From Folioceros fuciformis (taxonomy: Eukaryota), in NCBI GenBank assembly GCA_049999805.1, contig JBNGIO010006257.1, forward strand, positions 81,675 to 145,674: a stretch of 64,000 bases of DNA, written 5' to 3'. Each line of letters starts with the position of its first letter. Position 1 is the first letter of the stretch. Below are positions 1 through 12,405 of this stretch, piece by piece. The translations under genes and the position numbers were made by a program. The notes beneath the pieces are model-generated. The model was not told the origin of the DNA. It saw nothing but the letters and a program-made list of their open reading frames with translations, and made no database searches.

Positions 1-1297
1 CACAAGGAAACACTTGGCTGTTCCGTTACACAAATCACATGATCCTTGACAATGGTTACCTGAAGTGAGTACAAAGTGCCACACTTCAATCCACGAGCTA
101 ACACAAGAGAACATTCAGAGATCTTCCAAGAATGATCTCCAAACCAATAGTGGTAGCCAGCGTCATCCAACTGCCCTGCGCTAATCATGCTTTTTGTCAA
201 CTTCGGAACATGCCTAACATCCTTCAGTACAAATGAAGACCCGTTGACAAACTTCAGCTGCACATCACCTATGCTTGCAATCTCGCATGCCTAGTTATTT
301 CCAAGCCGAACACATACTTTCCTAGTAGCATCATAGGTGCTAAACCATTCCCTATGCGGAGTAACATGGAAAGATGCTCCAGAGTTAATTATCCAATTAG
401 AGAATAAGCGACTCTCCACGGCTGTCAATTGCGTAGAATCGAAGGAAGAAGGGATAAGAACATCTCCATCGTGAACAGAATTCACCTCGTCAAGGTTGAT
501 ACTCGAGCTTGCCTTGTTGTCGCTCTACTTCTTCTCCTTGCCTTTGTCCTTCTTGAACTTCTCGCAGTCCCTTCTGAAGTGACCCTTCTTGTGATAATGG
601 TAACACTCAACATTGTTACGGCTACGATATTTACTAGGGGATAGGCTTCGCTCCTTGTACTGCCCCTTTGAAGTGGACCTTCCTCTCACCATGAGGGAAT
701 TGGAACCTTTTGAAGGTTCCATATTCTTCCTATTCACCTCTTTTGTTAACATGCTACCTTTTACATTTACAACGGTAAGACCACTGGTAGGAGCGGAATT
801 ACTCAAAGCTGAACGAAAGGTGTGCAAGCTCTCTGGTAATGTGACCAACAGAAACATAGCTCTCACGGAATCGGGAACAAGATACCTTGAGATGAGAGCT
901 GGCTGAAAATGGTATTGAACTTATTTAGATGATCAGACATCCTCGTCCCTTCCTTCATCTTCAAAACCACCAGCTGTTTCAACCAGTACACCTGAGAAGC
1001 CGCACTTTGCTTCTCATACAGGTCATACAACTTTTGCCATAGCTTTTAACTTGTGGTCTTGTCTTTCACGTTGAAGTAGACCAACTTCGACAATGTTAGC
1101 ATGATGGTAGATCTAGCAAGCTCATTTAGATCCTGCTACTCATCCTGAGTTATGCTAACGGGTTTCACTCCTAACAACTTTATCGGTTTGATCTGCTTCT
1201 TCTGCATTAGAACATAATACACTTGTTCTTTCTAGAACGGGAAGTTAGTACCATCTAACTTCTCGACATTGAACATGACGTTTTCTGCGGACGTCAT
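1..1297 (-). mobile_element. Ty1/copia gag-protease-(pre-integrase) region, degenerate, runs off window start
   Basis: Minus strand reads MTSAENVMFNVEKLDGTNFPF* from 1297. Gag (MFLLVTLPES) and a degenerate zinc knuckle CYHYHKKGHFRRDC are in ORF 525-866. Protease WIINSGASFHVTP is in 291-485, and VLKDVRHVPKLTKSMISAGQLDD lies below 290. Stops and frameshifts present. Confidence 0.9.
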
Positions 1298-1425
1298 GAT
1301 TCAAAATCGATGCAAATCAACCAAAAGGCTAGTTAAAAAGCGATCGAAATGAAATGTAGATTCTATTACCCTCACACCTCGTTCCGAATCGGCGGTCCAC
1401 AATTAGGCTTCTGTCACTCACAATT

Positions 1426-2208
1426 GGAGTGTCCCGCCCTCCGATTGAATCAAAATTTGGAATTTGGCCACCTCTCAACCGGGATTGGTCTCCGCCCGCG
1501 CCCTTGCTCTCGGTGTCGATGTTTCGACGCTCGCGACATTGAACATGACACCCCTGGCGCCCCGACGAGACCGAGTGCCCCACGAGCCGGGGCAGTCTGC
1601 ACATGGCCTGGCCGCTTGCGCCCACCCGCGCCCGCCTAGGCCACGGGCTGGAGCCTGCTGCGCCTCGCCTGTGCGCCCGGCGCCCACACCCTATCGCACT
1701 AGTGCTCGGGAGTTGGTGCGGATGGCGCCCCGAGCAGAAACTCCTTGCGGCACGGTTGCACGCTCCCGGCACCCCGAGCTCCTGGCTGCCCGCGCTCACG
1801 GCGTCTCACGCTCCTTCTAGATGCTCTTCCTCATGGGCCTTTGTCCGCAGCACATGTGGACATGATCACCTCGAGCCATCACCTCTTGCTCCACACCTTG
1901 CTTTCATACAAGTTGAAGGATCTCTAGAGGAACTGCATGGTGAAGGAGAAGAGGAGGAGGCAAGGAGGAGAGGAGAAAGAGAGGTCACACTCTCACGCAC
2001 AGAGTCTCACATTGCAAAGGAGCTCAAGGGGGGTATTCATACCCTCTAGAGGAGCTCCCAAGCAAGCTTCACAAGAAGCACATAGGAAGCTGCGCAAGAA
2101 GCTTTCTAGAGATTAGCTTAAGCTAATCTAAACTAATGATACTTAACTAGACATTAATCTTAGACTAAACACATTAGTCTAAGCACATTGGGCTTTAATA
2201 ACCCTACA
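1426..2208 (-). repeat. Probable 5' LTR of the copia element
   Basis: Minus strand begins TGTAGGG at 2208. A degenerate tRNA-Met PBS-like sequence lies at about 1406-1425, just before gag. The partner LTR is outside the window, so boundaries are inferred. Confidence 0.45.
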
Positions 2209-2713
2209 CTTATGTTGCACAAACTTACTCTTAGGAGATACCTTGTGCAACAACTTTTACTAGTGAAATCTGATGGTAGAGATGTAACCCATGTGGGTGG
2301 TTAGACTTTGTAACACATACTTCGTACACAAAGTATGTAACGAAGTATGTGCTAGCCAAGGGGCTGGCAGAATTACAAGGACCAGAGTAGCAGGTTGCCA
2401 TTGTCTTGCTGAGAGAACACAAGAGAGCTCAAAAGGAATTGATTGTAAAGCATTGCTCGAATGTGTAGCGGAACTAGTGTCTAGGCACCCTCAAATTCAG
2501 CAACATACTTGTGGGTTACTAAGCCAAATGGTGCGCAAACTCCAAGGCCTTGTCTAGTAAGGTGAATGTCATGGGTATAATGCTCGGCCACACTTGGTAC
2601 CTAAGCTAGGGCCAGACAACTCGACTAAGAGGAAAAAGGCGTTTTGCAAGAAACATTTACGTAGGATCATTGCTGGCCAATCCTTAAGTAAGCCATAGAA
2701 GTGTTCACCAGGA

Positions 2714-2975
2714 AAGAAGCTGAGAATTGTTGCCATGGAAGAAGCTGAGAACTGTTGCCATGGAAGAAGCTGAAAACTTTTGCAAATCAAGCTACAGGCC
2801 ATGGAGCCGCGCATGCTTAATTGTGAGTTGTAGTATAGAATTCCAAAAGTGGTGATTGTGGAGATCATATTTTATCACTTGTAGTGAGTGGAAGTTGTGA
2901 TTGTGGAGATCATAACTGATTACCCACGAGTGAATGGAAGTTGGATTGTGGAGATCATAGTTGATTACCTGTAGT
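2714..2975. repeat. Two short tandem arrays (GAAGAAGCTGAGAAYTGTTGCCATG about x3; GTGATTGTGGAGATCATA-containing unit x3), likely retroelement non-coding DNA
   Basis: Direct repeats visible at 2714-2775 and 2850-2970. Confidence 0.6.
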
Positions 2976-3171
2976 GTATACGATCAACCAAAAGCCCAAA
3001 GGTGTACAGAGCAAAAGACCAAAAGCCGAATTAGCAAAAACCCATAAGTCCCAAAAGTTGAGTACATATATATGCATATATACTCATGTATAAATATGCA
3101 CATATGTATATGCATGTATAAATATGTTCATAGGAATGTAGGGGACAAGTTTGGATCAAGGTTAGTCAAGT

Positions 3172-3990
3172 TCAGTTTGACAGTAGGGCAACTAAAGTAG
3201 TCGTTCTACGCCATGGAGAGGAGAGGTGGTGAAGGGACAAATTTGGTAGAGCTACTTCACTCCCAACACACTCATCCAACAGATCTCTAAATATAGTATT
3301 CATGAGCGTCTGAAATGTGGCTGGTGCGTTAGTGAGTCCAAATGGCATGACTAGAAATTCAAAAGATCCATACCTTGTCCTACAAGCAACTTTGTATTCA
3401 TGTCCTCCTGTGATGCGAATTTGGTAATCACCAGCCATTAAATCTAGTCTAGTAAAATACTTAGCACCTTTCAACTTGTCAAATATATCATCCATCCTTG
3501 GCAAAGGATAGGAATTCTTGATTAGTACATGGTTGAGTGCTCTGTAATCCAAGCATAACCTTAATCCTCCATTCTTACGCGTAAACAATATTGGCACACC
3601 AAATGGGGATTTTGAGACTCTAACATAGCCCTTGGCTAACAAGTTAGACATTTGTCTCTTCAACTCTTGAAACTCATCTAACGACAATCTATATGGTGCT
3701 CTTGAAGGCGGTACACTTCTTTGCTTCAGCTCAATCTCATGATCTACAACTCTCCTATGAGGTAAAGGAGGTAACTCATTAGGCATCAAGTCTTTAGACT
3801 CGTCTAAGACAACCAGTATCTCCTTTGGAATCTTTGGTTGCTTTTGAGACTCCATCTTAAGACCATTTTCTAGTCCTTGCAACACTAACAAATAGAGTTC
3901 CTCTCCATTCTTAACACAACGCTTGAGCTCTTTCTTAAAGATGACTTCATCAATCTTGTGTCCAAGCTAATGCTCAAGAATTGCACAACT
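3172..3990 (-). mobile_element. Ty3/gypsy reverse transcriptase fragment (truncated)
   Basis: ORF 3172-3891 has [54 protein letters not shown] and [18 protein letters not shown]. Similarity ends before the YxDD motif. Confidence 0.92.
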
Positions 3991-4149
3991 CACTTTGTGC
4001 TTTTCATCTCCTAAGATCTATACGAGTGGGTGGAGAGAGTTTGATGGTCAATGGAGCGGGTTTGGTGGAGGGACGAGTTTGGTGGTCAATGAAGCGGGTT
4101 TGGTGGAGGGAACGAGTTTGGTTCGAATCAAGGAAACAAATGGCAATGG

Positions 4150-4292
4150 ATTGAAAACCCTATAAGAGGGGAGCTGAAAATCCTTCGGTCGGGTGCATCA
4201 CGAGCTGAAAACCCTTCGGTCGAGTGCATCACAAGTTGAAAACCCTTCAGTCGAGTACATCATAAGCTGAAAACCCTTCGGTCGAGTGCATT
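4150..4292. repeat. About 31-bp tandem repeat (GCTGAAAACCCTTCGGTCGAGTGCATCACRA) about x4
   Basis: Direct inspection. Confidence 0.8.
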
Positions 4293-4695
4293 GCAACAAA
4301 TCTTGCACAAATTCCTCCATAACCAGGTACTGAAAACTACGGAAGATATTTCGGATGAGGTTTAGGCGTTTCAGATGAGGCTGGGAGCAAGAAAAGCATG
4401 CCATTCTGCCTTCAAATTTCTTATAGTTAAAGTCAGTAGCTATTCTCAAACTTCATGTCCATTTCTACATTAACCGTCCATACCTCAATCTACTATCCAG
4501 ACTTAAATTTAGTAATTATACCTCGATTTATGAATTAATAATCGTTCAACTTCTACTCATACCTCAGCTTAGTGTTCTTATCTTCAGATATATCCTCTGC
4601 ACGCATACTCGCCTGGGATTGTACCTGGCCTGGATAAGTCTTTATTTCCTTAGAATAGATCTGTAAATCTAAACGTCTACTAAGTCCCGAGAGAC

Positions 4696-4874
4696 TCGAC
4701 GTATCGAAGACATGGAGGTAGACCTTTTTCTCACGTAGGATGCACTCCCATACCTCGACGTAGTGAAGACATGGAGGTAGACCTTTTTCTCACGTAGGAT
4801 GCACTCCCATACCTCGACGTAGTGAAGACATGGAGGTAGACCTTTTTCTCACTTAGGATGCACTCCCATACCTC
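4696..4874. repeat. About 59-bp tandem repeat x3 (CTCGACGTAGTGAAGACATGGAGGTAGACCTTTTTCTCACGTAGGATGCACTCCCATAC)
   Basis: Three near-identical copies. Confidence 0.9.
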
Positions 4875-6039
4875 ATATGTCCATATCCTGTCCGTACTTC
4901 TATCTTAGGGTAGAACACTTACTCCTGAAGTGCTAGACCTACCTGAGCGAAGGATGCTTAGTCCAGAAGCCCTGGTATGCATGGCCGCCTGCATCCAGAT
5001 TTTGGTCATCCGCCTCACAAACTTAGTGGAGGATATTGATCCCTACTCTTTACACTTAGTGAAGGTGCTTAGAGTCCTCAAAACCTTAGTGCCCATAAAG
5101 CCTACGCCGTTTGCACGGAAGTTTATGTTAGCCTATATGAACAAGTTCATAAGAACTCCAGGTTTGGCTACTGATCAGAATAAGATCTACAGGTTTGGTA
5201 GCCAAAACTAAAACCCAAGTCAAGTCAGAGGGCATGGTACTCACCTGGGAGTAAATGCTGTAGACGCGTCTACTCTGCTGCGTAAGATCTCGGCACTCGT
5301 GCTGGACCGGTGGGTGACAAACAGGAGAACTCCCACAGAAGTGTCTGAATGGTTTGGAAGTCAATGAGTCCGATGCTACAATGGGGACAAGAATTCCTTT
5401 TCTTCGGAGGACATCGACATACCTACAAACTTGGGCTACAGTGTTCTACGGTAAGGCTGGACAACGAGAGAGTACATGGGACGACAAAGTAGTAACAGCT
5501 TGTGCAAAAAGCAAGGACCCACTGACGATTAGTGGGGCCTGGGTATTTACACCGACGACTACGACTCTCGAATGCGTTCGACCCAGAAGGCGCATATCTT
5601 GAAGCAAAATCCAAACATTTCCTTCGCTGATGTTGTCGACGGGTTAAGCGCAACGTCCTCAGTAAGGAAAAACAACTAAGCAGCCAAGACCATATCACAT
5701 TCCACCAGTCTGACGCAGATACGGGCTACACCGGAGTTGAGGTAGCAGGAAAACTCAATCTACTTCCGTATTTTCCGCTTGCGGGTTGTTGGTACCCGAA
5801 ACTGTCCAGACAAGTACCCGGAGATACTATCCAGACAGACACGACGAAAAAACAAAGTGGGCTTGAGACGAGAATGAACGGACAACGTGGTCTCCACAAC
5901 TGAGAAAGATAACACCTAACGACTAGCAAGTGCATAACTTCCCCAGCCGGAAGCAAGCATCGTCAGAAGTTCCGCATTACAATACGCAACTTGACGGGAC
6001 GAACTAACGCATGTGCAGAAGAATTACAAAACCCACACC

Positions 6040-6180
6040 TTCGCAGATACAGTAGACGAAGGGGAAAACAGCAAGAAACAAACAAGAGAGACAGGCCTGC
6101 TCAGATATGTTTCTCTTCACAAATCTCGAAAGACCTCGAAGCGAGCTGGGATTATAAAAGTCGTCACAGCAGACATTGGC
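6040..6180 (+). repeat. Dispersed repeat, copy 1 (homologous to 31515-31660 in reverse orientation)
   Basis: Shared core AATCTCGAAAGACCTCGAAGCGAGCTGGGATTATA plus flanking similarity (GGCCTGCTCAGAT, TCACAGCAGAC). Confidence 0.85.
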
Positions 6181-7670
6181 CACAGATTTAAGCTTCAAAC
6201 CACAGGCATAGAAACCTTAGCAAGAAAGATTCGGACCACGTCGAGCACAAGGCCACAACACAAGCAGAGGCGCCATGACTCCAGACGCAGGGCAGGAGAT
6301 CGAACCGAAGCAGTACGCGACTGCACCGCATTCAAAACAACCACGAGATGTACCACACATCTTCGGGGGAATGCCTACAGGATCCGAAGAAGCCATTAAA
6401 TAGTCGAACTTGGTGCCCTAACGTCTGGTTGAAATTGGTGCCCTAAAATATGCCTCCCTCCTTCATCACCCCGTCAGCCAGGTGGGGTACGTTAACCTGT
6501 GGACAACCATAGAGGTCTTCCCTTGCTCGACCGTACTTGCCACTTGGGACTCATTGGTGCCGTTCTTGAATCAATCGCTAGATGAGTGGACGAACGAAAT
6601 GTTTGGGGAACTAAGAAGAAGAAGAATTCTATTATTAGTATACTAAGGACCGAAGGTGAAATGTGTGGATGGCTTTTTTGAAGTTCCAACTGTTACCTGA
6701 GAGCCGGAGGTGCACCGATGAATTGCCTGGACAAATTCCAAGGGCAGCAGGGTAGTCTTTGCATCATCATCCAGCGGCGCAGAGGATGCAATCCAACGCC
6801 GAGCAGCGATTACATTGCTGAAAACCAGCTCTCAGAACAGATATGGCAGTTGATTCTGTTCTTGTTCCGATTCCCAATTTTACAGGTTAACAGAAGATGC
6901 AGCATCCGAGCGAAGGGCAACCGATAAAGCCTTGCGATGACGCACAGGTTGTTCTCTGCTCCACATACATCCTGTGAGGATCTGCGATGCTTTGTCAAGA
7001 GTGCCGTGCGTGGGCAGCAGATAAGAGACACATCCCCGAACACCATGCCAAAATGGCAGAAACAACGTACGTACTGGCAGCAACTTGGAGAATCGCATAG
7101 CGTCGGGTAGCCCATAATCCTGTTGGAGCCTCGCCGTGGCTGTGGGTTTCAGGTGCGAGCAAGGCACGTGAAAGTGTGGGTTCTGAGGCATTGGAGAAGG
7201 GAAATCATGATGCTATGGTGTTCGTTTCCCCTCCTCCTGGTGCATGCAGGCATGTTCGACGGGGCAAGCTCGGGCACCCTGGCCCTGGCTTGGTCTCCAA
7301 TGTGAAGGAAGGCACGAAGCTCAAGGGGCGATTGTAGCATACAGTTTTGATCGTGTGAACATGGATGGATGCCAAGCAAGCAAGCAAGCAACCTTTGTAG
7401 CGTGGCCCAGTACGACAAAATCCGGATCCAAGCAAAGCAAAGGCAATTACATATTGTATATTGCAGGGCGGGGGTGTATACATATGTGAAAGACAAAAGC
7501 ATGTAGGCATGGGGACGGAGAGTGGATAGCTTATTGGCCCAGGAATGAGAGCTTACGGGCCGGCAGTTGGAGGGGGAGAATTTTGTGTCTCCTTCCTTGC
7601 TTGCCTGCTAAAGCTTGACAGTTTCCTTGCTAGTATGCATGTACGTACGTTGTTGAGTGTAGAATAATTT

Positions 7671-8828
7671 CTACTTCCTGGCGAGAAGGGCGACGGCATA
7701 GTTGACGGTGAACAGTTCGTTGACATCTGTAGTGCTCTCAAGGAGGAGGTGCTGGTAGTGCTGGAAAACCCGATTGCTGAGCTCCGCACCGAAGTGCTCC
7801 TCCATGGAAGTGCGGAAGAGGCTCTTCCACAAGAGGACACTGTCGGCGGCAAAGGAGCGGAGATCCACTCGGTACTCCTGGCACTTGTGTGCCGGGAAGC
7901 CGAGGACGTCTCCGCACGAATGGAGGAGGTGGATGTCGAAGAGCCCCACGTCCTCCACAGCCCGCCTCACCTGCGCCACGCTGGGGAAGTACATGGGAAT
8001 GTTGAAGGTGCGAATGAGGGCGGGCGGAATGACGCCCTGCAGGGCCAGGTCGTGGAAGGTGTCATGGAAGAGGTCCTGCAGCTTGGCGCGGTGCCCCCGC
8101 TCGTCGGGCTTGGCCAGCATAGCCAGTGCCAGGAAGCCTCCAGGCACGAGCTCGGCCGCGCGCTTGGCGAGGAATGCCGCTAGGTCCCGGGAGCTCTGGG
8201 CCGCGAAGGCGCGGTCCACGGCGGGGTGAGCGCCCCGGACGTGCACCCTGGAGGAATTGAAAGCGGGCGAGCTTGGGTCCAGGACCTCGGGCGGCACCCG
8301 GGACAGCCAGTGCAGCGCCGTGAAGCAAGTGATGGCGTGGACGCTCCCGGTGGGGAAGAGGCGGCCGAAGAAGCAGCCCGGCACCCCCGCCGCGTAGTAG
8401 CGCCTCGCCGGCAGGCTCCGGAACAGCGTGTTGAAGTCGTTGGAGGCGAGGTCGGCGAAGAAGACCTGCACGGAATCGGGGAATTCCCGGATCCCGGCCC
8501 CGGACTCGGACTTGGTCTCCCACAGTGCGCTCAGGCTAGCCAGCAGCTTGTCCACGGCATGCACCGTGTTGCCGCCTGTGGCACATCCGAGGTCGGCCAC
8601 CCGCAGGGCCGTCTCGCCATCGCTGCCAATCTCCGGAATGCGGGAGGCGGATCGAATTCCCTGCCACAGCGGCCCTTCCGCCATGCCTAGCATGTGGGAC
8701 TGCACCCACGAGTTCTTCACGTAGCTGTTGTCTCCTTCTCCCGGCCCCATTTGCACCACCTTCTGCTGCTGTCCCTCCAGGACCACGTCGCCATCGCACC
8801 GGTCCGATCCAAGCATGTCGCCTGCCAT
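7671..8828 (-). CDS. SABATH-family SAM-dependent carboxyl methyltransferase (Methyltransf_7), intronless
   Basis: Motifs MGPGEGDNSYVKNS, RVADLGCATGGNT, VFFADLASNDFNTLFRSLP, AAGVPGCFFGRLFP, ALHWLSRVP, FLAKRAAELVPGG and FNIPMYFPS. First ATG at 8828 (MAGDM). Confidence 0.95.
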   Translation of the reverse strand: MAGDMLGSDRCDGDVVLEGQQQKVVQMGPGEGDNSYVKNSWVQSHMLGMAEGPLWQGIRSASRIPEIGSDGETALRVADLGCATGGNTVHAVDKLLASLSALWETKSESGAGIREFPDSVQVFFADLASNDFNTLFRSLPARRYYAAGVPGCFFGRLFPTGSVHAITCFTALHWLSRVPPEVLDPSSPAFNSSRVHVRGAHPAVDRAFAAQSSRDLAAFLAKRAAELVPGGFLALAMLAKPDERGHRAKLQDLFHDTFHDLALQGVIPPALIRTFNIPMYFPSVAQVRRAVEDVGLFDIHLLHSCGDVLGFPAHKCQEYRVDLRSFAADSVLLWKSLFRTSMEEHFGAELSNRVFQHYQHLLLESTTDVNELFTVNYAVALLARK

Positions 8829-9267
8829 TTGGACCTGTCTTCCAGCTGCTTGCGAGTTCAACTGTCTGTTGATATGTCTACATATGCCCCTGAAGCCAAC
8901 TGCCGTCGTACCGCTCCATAGTAAAGCTGTATCCTGTCAAGAAGTTTCACGTTTTCACCCTGCAAACTGGATTGAGTGGTGGTGGCTATGCAACGCACGG
9001 CACGAGGCAACCCCAGTGGTGGTGGCTATGCAACGCACGGCACGAGGCAACCCCACTTCACGCTCCAACTTCCTACCACAAGTTGAGACGGAGGAGATGA
9101 CTTCGCCATGGAAGAGGCTCTTATTTGGGGCTTATTTTGGGATATTGTGTTATTAACATGGTATGAGAGCCCATGTTTTAGTCCCAAGTTCCTTGATTTG
9201 GGAGCCGCCTACATTTACTTGTGTAGGACTACCTTTGCTTCCTTTGTGTTGTGTATAGGGCCATGCA

Positions 9268-9412
9268 AACTATGTGTCTGTTGTAAGACTTTGTGATGCA
9301 GACTATGTGTCTGTTGTAAGACTTTGTGATACACATTATGTCTCTGTTGTAAGACTTTGTGATGCAGACTATGTGTCTGTTGTAAGACTNNNNNNNNNNA
9401 GACTTTGTGCAA
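9268..9412. repeat. 33-bp tandem repeat in the copia leader (AGACTTTGTGATGCAGACTATGTGTCTGTTGTA), interrupted by an N gap
   Basis: At least three to four copies between PBS and gag. Confidence 0.85.
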
Positions 9413-12269
9413 GTTAGAGAAGCTTGGTGATAGTGCAGGGAAGTCATCCTGTTCGGCCGCAAAGGACGGGAACATGGAGACACGTTTTCTCAAAACTCGT
9501 GTGGTGAAGAAGTTTGGAGGGAAGAACTTCACCTTATGGAAGCTGAAGATGAAGATGCTTCTTATTAAGGAGGGAGTATGGAAGTTCGCTGACAAGGGTC
9601 TCAATGTTGCCCCCGCATAGAAAGACCTCGACAAAGATGGACGAGCGCTGGCAACAATCTTGTTGAATGTCTCAGATGACGTTCTCTCTCAATTGAGCGA
9701 ATGCACAACGTTACAAGAAGCTTGGATCACCCTCTGCAATACATACGAAAAGAAAAACATGGTAAGTTCGATGCTGTTGGAACAACAACTTGCGAACTTC
9801 ACGATGGCCGTAGGCGACACCATCTAGCAACATGTCAGCAAGTTAAAGACCTTAGTGGACCAGATGAAGGCGATGGACATCAAACCGACCGAGGAAAGGA
9901 TCCTCGTGGTGTTGTTGTGTAGCTTGCCATCAACCTACAAGCCATTTGAGTCGGCCTTCAAGACAACGGTCGCGATGCGTTCAAGCGATAGGCTGCCGTC
10001 GTTGGATGAGGTGGTCGGATTGCTTTTGCAGGAAGAATTGGAGTTTTCAAACAAGAAAGAGAAGATTGATAACGTTGTCCTTCTTACCAAGAAAGGCAAA
10101 GCAAAGGCGAAGTTCAAGTCTAAGAACAAGTCCAAGTCTACAGATCAGATGAAGAAGGATGGTACGAGCCGTACGATGAAAGGATCTTGCTATTATTGCA
10201 GGAAACCAGGTCATCATGCCAAAGAATGTAGAACTAGGTTGGCAGACGAGTCGAAGAAGGAGAAATCCTCTCAAGCCAATCAAGTGAGTAAGCAACCTGA
10301 GCAGGAACAATCTTTCATGGCTAGCGATGGAGTTACTTCATCGATGAAGGATGAGAGTCTTTATCTTGACTCTGGTGCATCTCAGCACTTAGTTACAACC
10401 TTCCAGGGTTCACTTGCTACACTAGACTCCCTAAGGACCATACAGTGGCACTCAGTGACAATACGTCACATGATATCGAGGGGAAAGGAGTCTTACACAT
10501 TCAGTTGCAGGGCGGTAACCCCGCACGTATTGAGAATGTGCATCATGTACCTAATCTCACGAGGAATCTTCTCTCTGTTGCGTGGATTGCAGATGCAGAT
10601 CATGACATAGTCTTCAACTCCGCAGGCTGTCGCATTCAACTTGTACAGCCTGAGCCATCACACGTGGTTGCTCGTGGTGTTCGTGTGGGAAATCTGTACA
10701 AACTTTGTGCTTCAATGAGAAAGCAAGCTTGTACATTCCTGGCCAGTTCACGCAACCACATAGGGTCTATCAATTTATGGCATCAGCGTTTGGGCCACAT
10801 CGGAGTGGACAAACTGAAGCAGATGATGACTCATGACATGGTGACAGGATTGGATTTGACGGAGATTACTGCAACACAGTTGTGTCCAGGATGTCAGATG
10901 GGGAAGCTAAATCGCACAAAGTTTTCTAAAGCTACGATACATCGAGCACAAAAGGCGCTGGAATTAGTCCACACTGGCGTGAGCAGGCTCATGCAAAACC
11001 CTACACAAGGTGAGAATCGCTACATCGCTACATGCTCATCTGAACGAAGAGATCTACATGGAGCAACCCAAGGGCTATATGGTACCTAGACGTGAGGGCG
11101 AGGTATGTAAGTTACAAAAGGAAATTTATGGTCTTAAGCAATCTGCCCTTACCTAGTATCGTAAAATTGATGATCATTTCCAGTCTAGAGGTTTCAAGAA
11201 GACTAATGCAAATTGAAATATTTATGTGAAGCGAGTGGGAGGTTCTGTTATTATCATTGTCGTGTATGTGGATGATTTAGTCATTGTCAGTGATGATTAG
11301 GAGCTTTTGGCCTATGCAAAGCGAGGGCTCAACGAAACCTTTGTTGTACGAGACCTTGGGGAGCTATATCATTTTCTAGGTGTAAAGGTTGACATAGATA
11401 GGACCAATAAGGCAATCTCTCTAAGTCAGCAGCCGTATGTGCATACTATACTAGAACAGTTTGGGATGCTAGATTGCAAACTGATGCAGACGCCAATGAT
11501 CCGCAATGAGAAGTTATCACAAGTGGCGGATCCCAACGTGAAGGAACAAGTAGATAAGCATCTCCACCAGTGTATTGTTAGTTGCCTTACTTATTTGGCG
11601 ACAAGCACTAGGCCTGACATTGCAGAGGCAGTGGGAGTTGCGAGCCAATTCTTGGTCAAACCCCAGCCACAACATTATTAAGCCGTAAAGAGAATACTCA
11701 GACATCTGCAGGGTACAAAACATTGGACGTTGACTTACCGAAAGAAGGAGGACGAAGAAGCCAATATCGTGGGATTTTACGATGCAGATTGGGTAGGAGA
11801 TGTCGATACTTGTAGGTCTACCACAAGGTATGCCTTTGTGCTATTTGGGGGAGCTATTTCATGGTGTAGCAGGCGTCAGCCTACAATGGCGTTATCCTCT
11901 ATAGAGGCTGAGTATGTGGTAACCTTTACTGCAACCGTGGAAGCTATAAGGCTCAGGCGATTGCTCGAAGAAATGGGGTTCAAGCAGCAAGGTGCAACGC
12001 CCATCTTCAACGACAATCAGGGCTGTATTCCTCTGGCTAAAAGTGCTATTTTCCATGCAACGACTAAGGACATCGAAGTTAAGCATCACTTCATTAGGGA
12101 GAAAGTCCAGTCAAAGAAAATAGTTTTAGTTTATTGTCCTATAGAGGACATGCCCATCGATATTCTTCCGAAAGGTTTAGCTTTAGAGAAGCATATGAAG
12201 TTTAGCAAGATGCTAGGGTTAACTGAGTGAGTCATGTATAGGATAAGTAATAGATGTGTTGAGTGGGAG

Positions 12270-12405
12270 TGTTAGAAAATCCATATTCTTTAGAGTTTGT
12301 GTGCACCATATCTAGGAGTATATAAGTAGGCATAGACAATGACTCTAATTGTACTGAAATGAGGCTCTTACTTGGGGCTCATTTTGGGATATTATGTTAT
12401 TAACA
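12270..12405 (+). repeat. 3' LTR (136 bp, TGTTA...TAACA)
   Basis: Follows the PPT. Its last 45 bp match 9114-9158, which directly precedes the PBS. Confidence 0.9.

Larger units (their letters stand above)
9114..12405 (+). mobile_element. Ty1/copia LTR retrotransposon, internally deleted and non-autonomous
   Basis: 5' LTR remnant 9114-9158 and PBS TGGTATGAGAGCC 9159-9171. Gag KKFGGKNFTLWKLKMK, zinc knuckle CYYCRKPGHHAKEC, protease LYLDSGASQH, pre-integrase LWHQRLGH...CPGCQMGK, RT (EEIYMEQP, VYVDDL, DLGEL) and RNase H (DADWVGD, SSIEAEY). PPT GAGTGGGAG precedes the 3' LTR. Multiple stops and frameshifts. Confidence 0.95.

Noticed and set aside
1329-2049. GC-rich ORFs of 100-156 aa
   Set aside because: They lie in the presumed LTR/leader of the copia element and have no domain signature.
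7749-8921. Multiple long antisense and alternate-frame ORFs over the SABATH gene (similar ones over EIN2 and the dioxygenase)
   Set aside because: Expected shadow ORFs of GC-rich coding sequence, with no recognisable domains.
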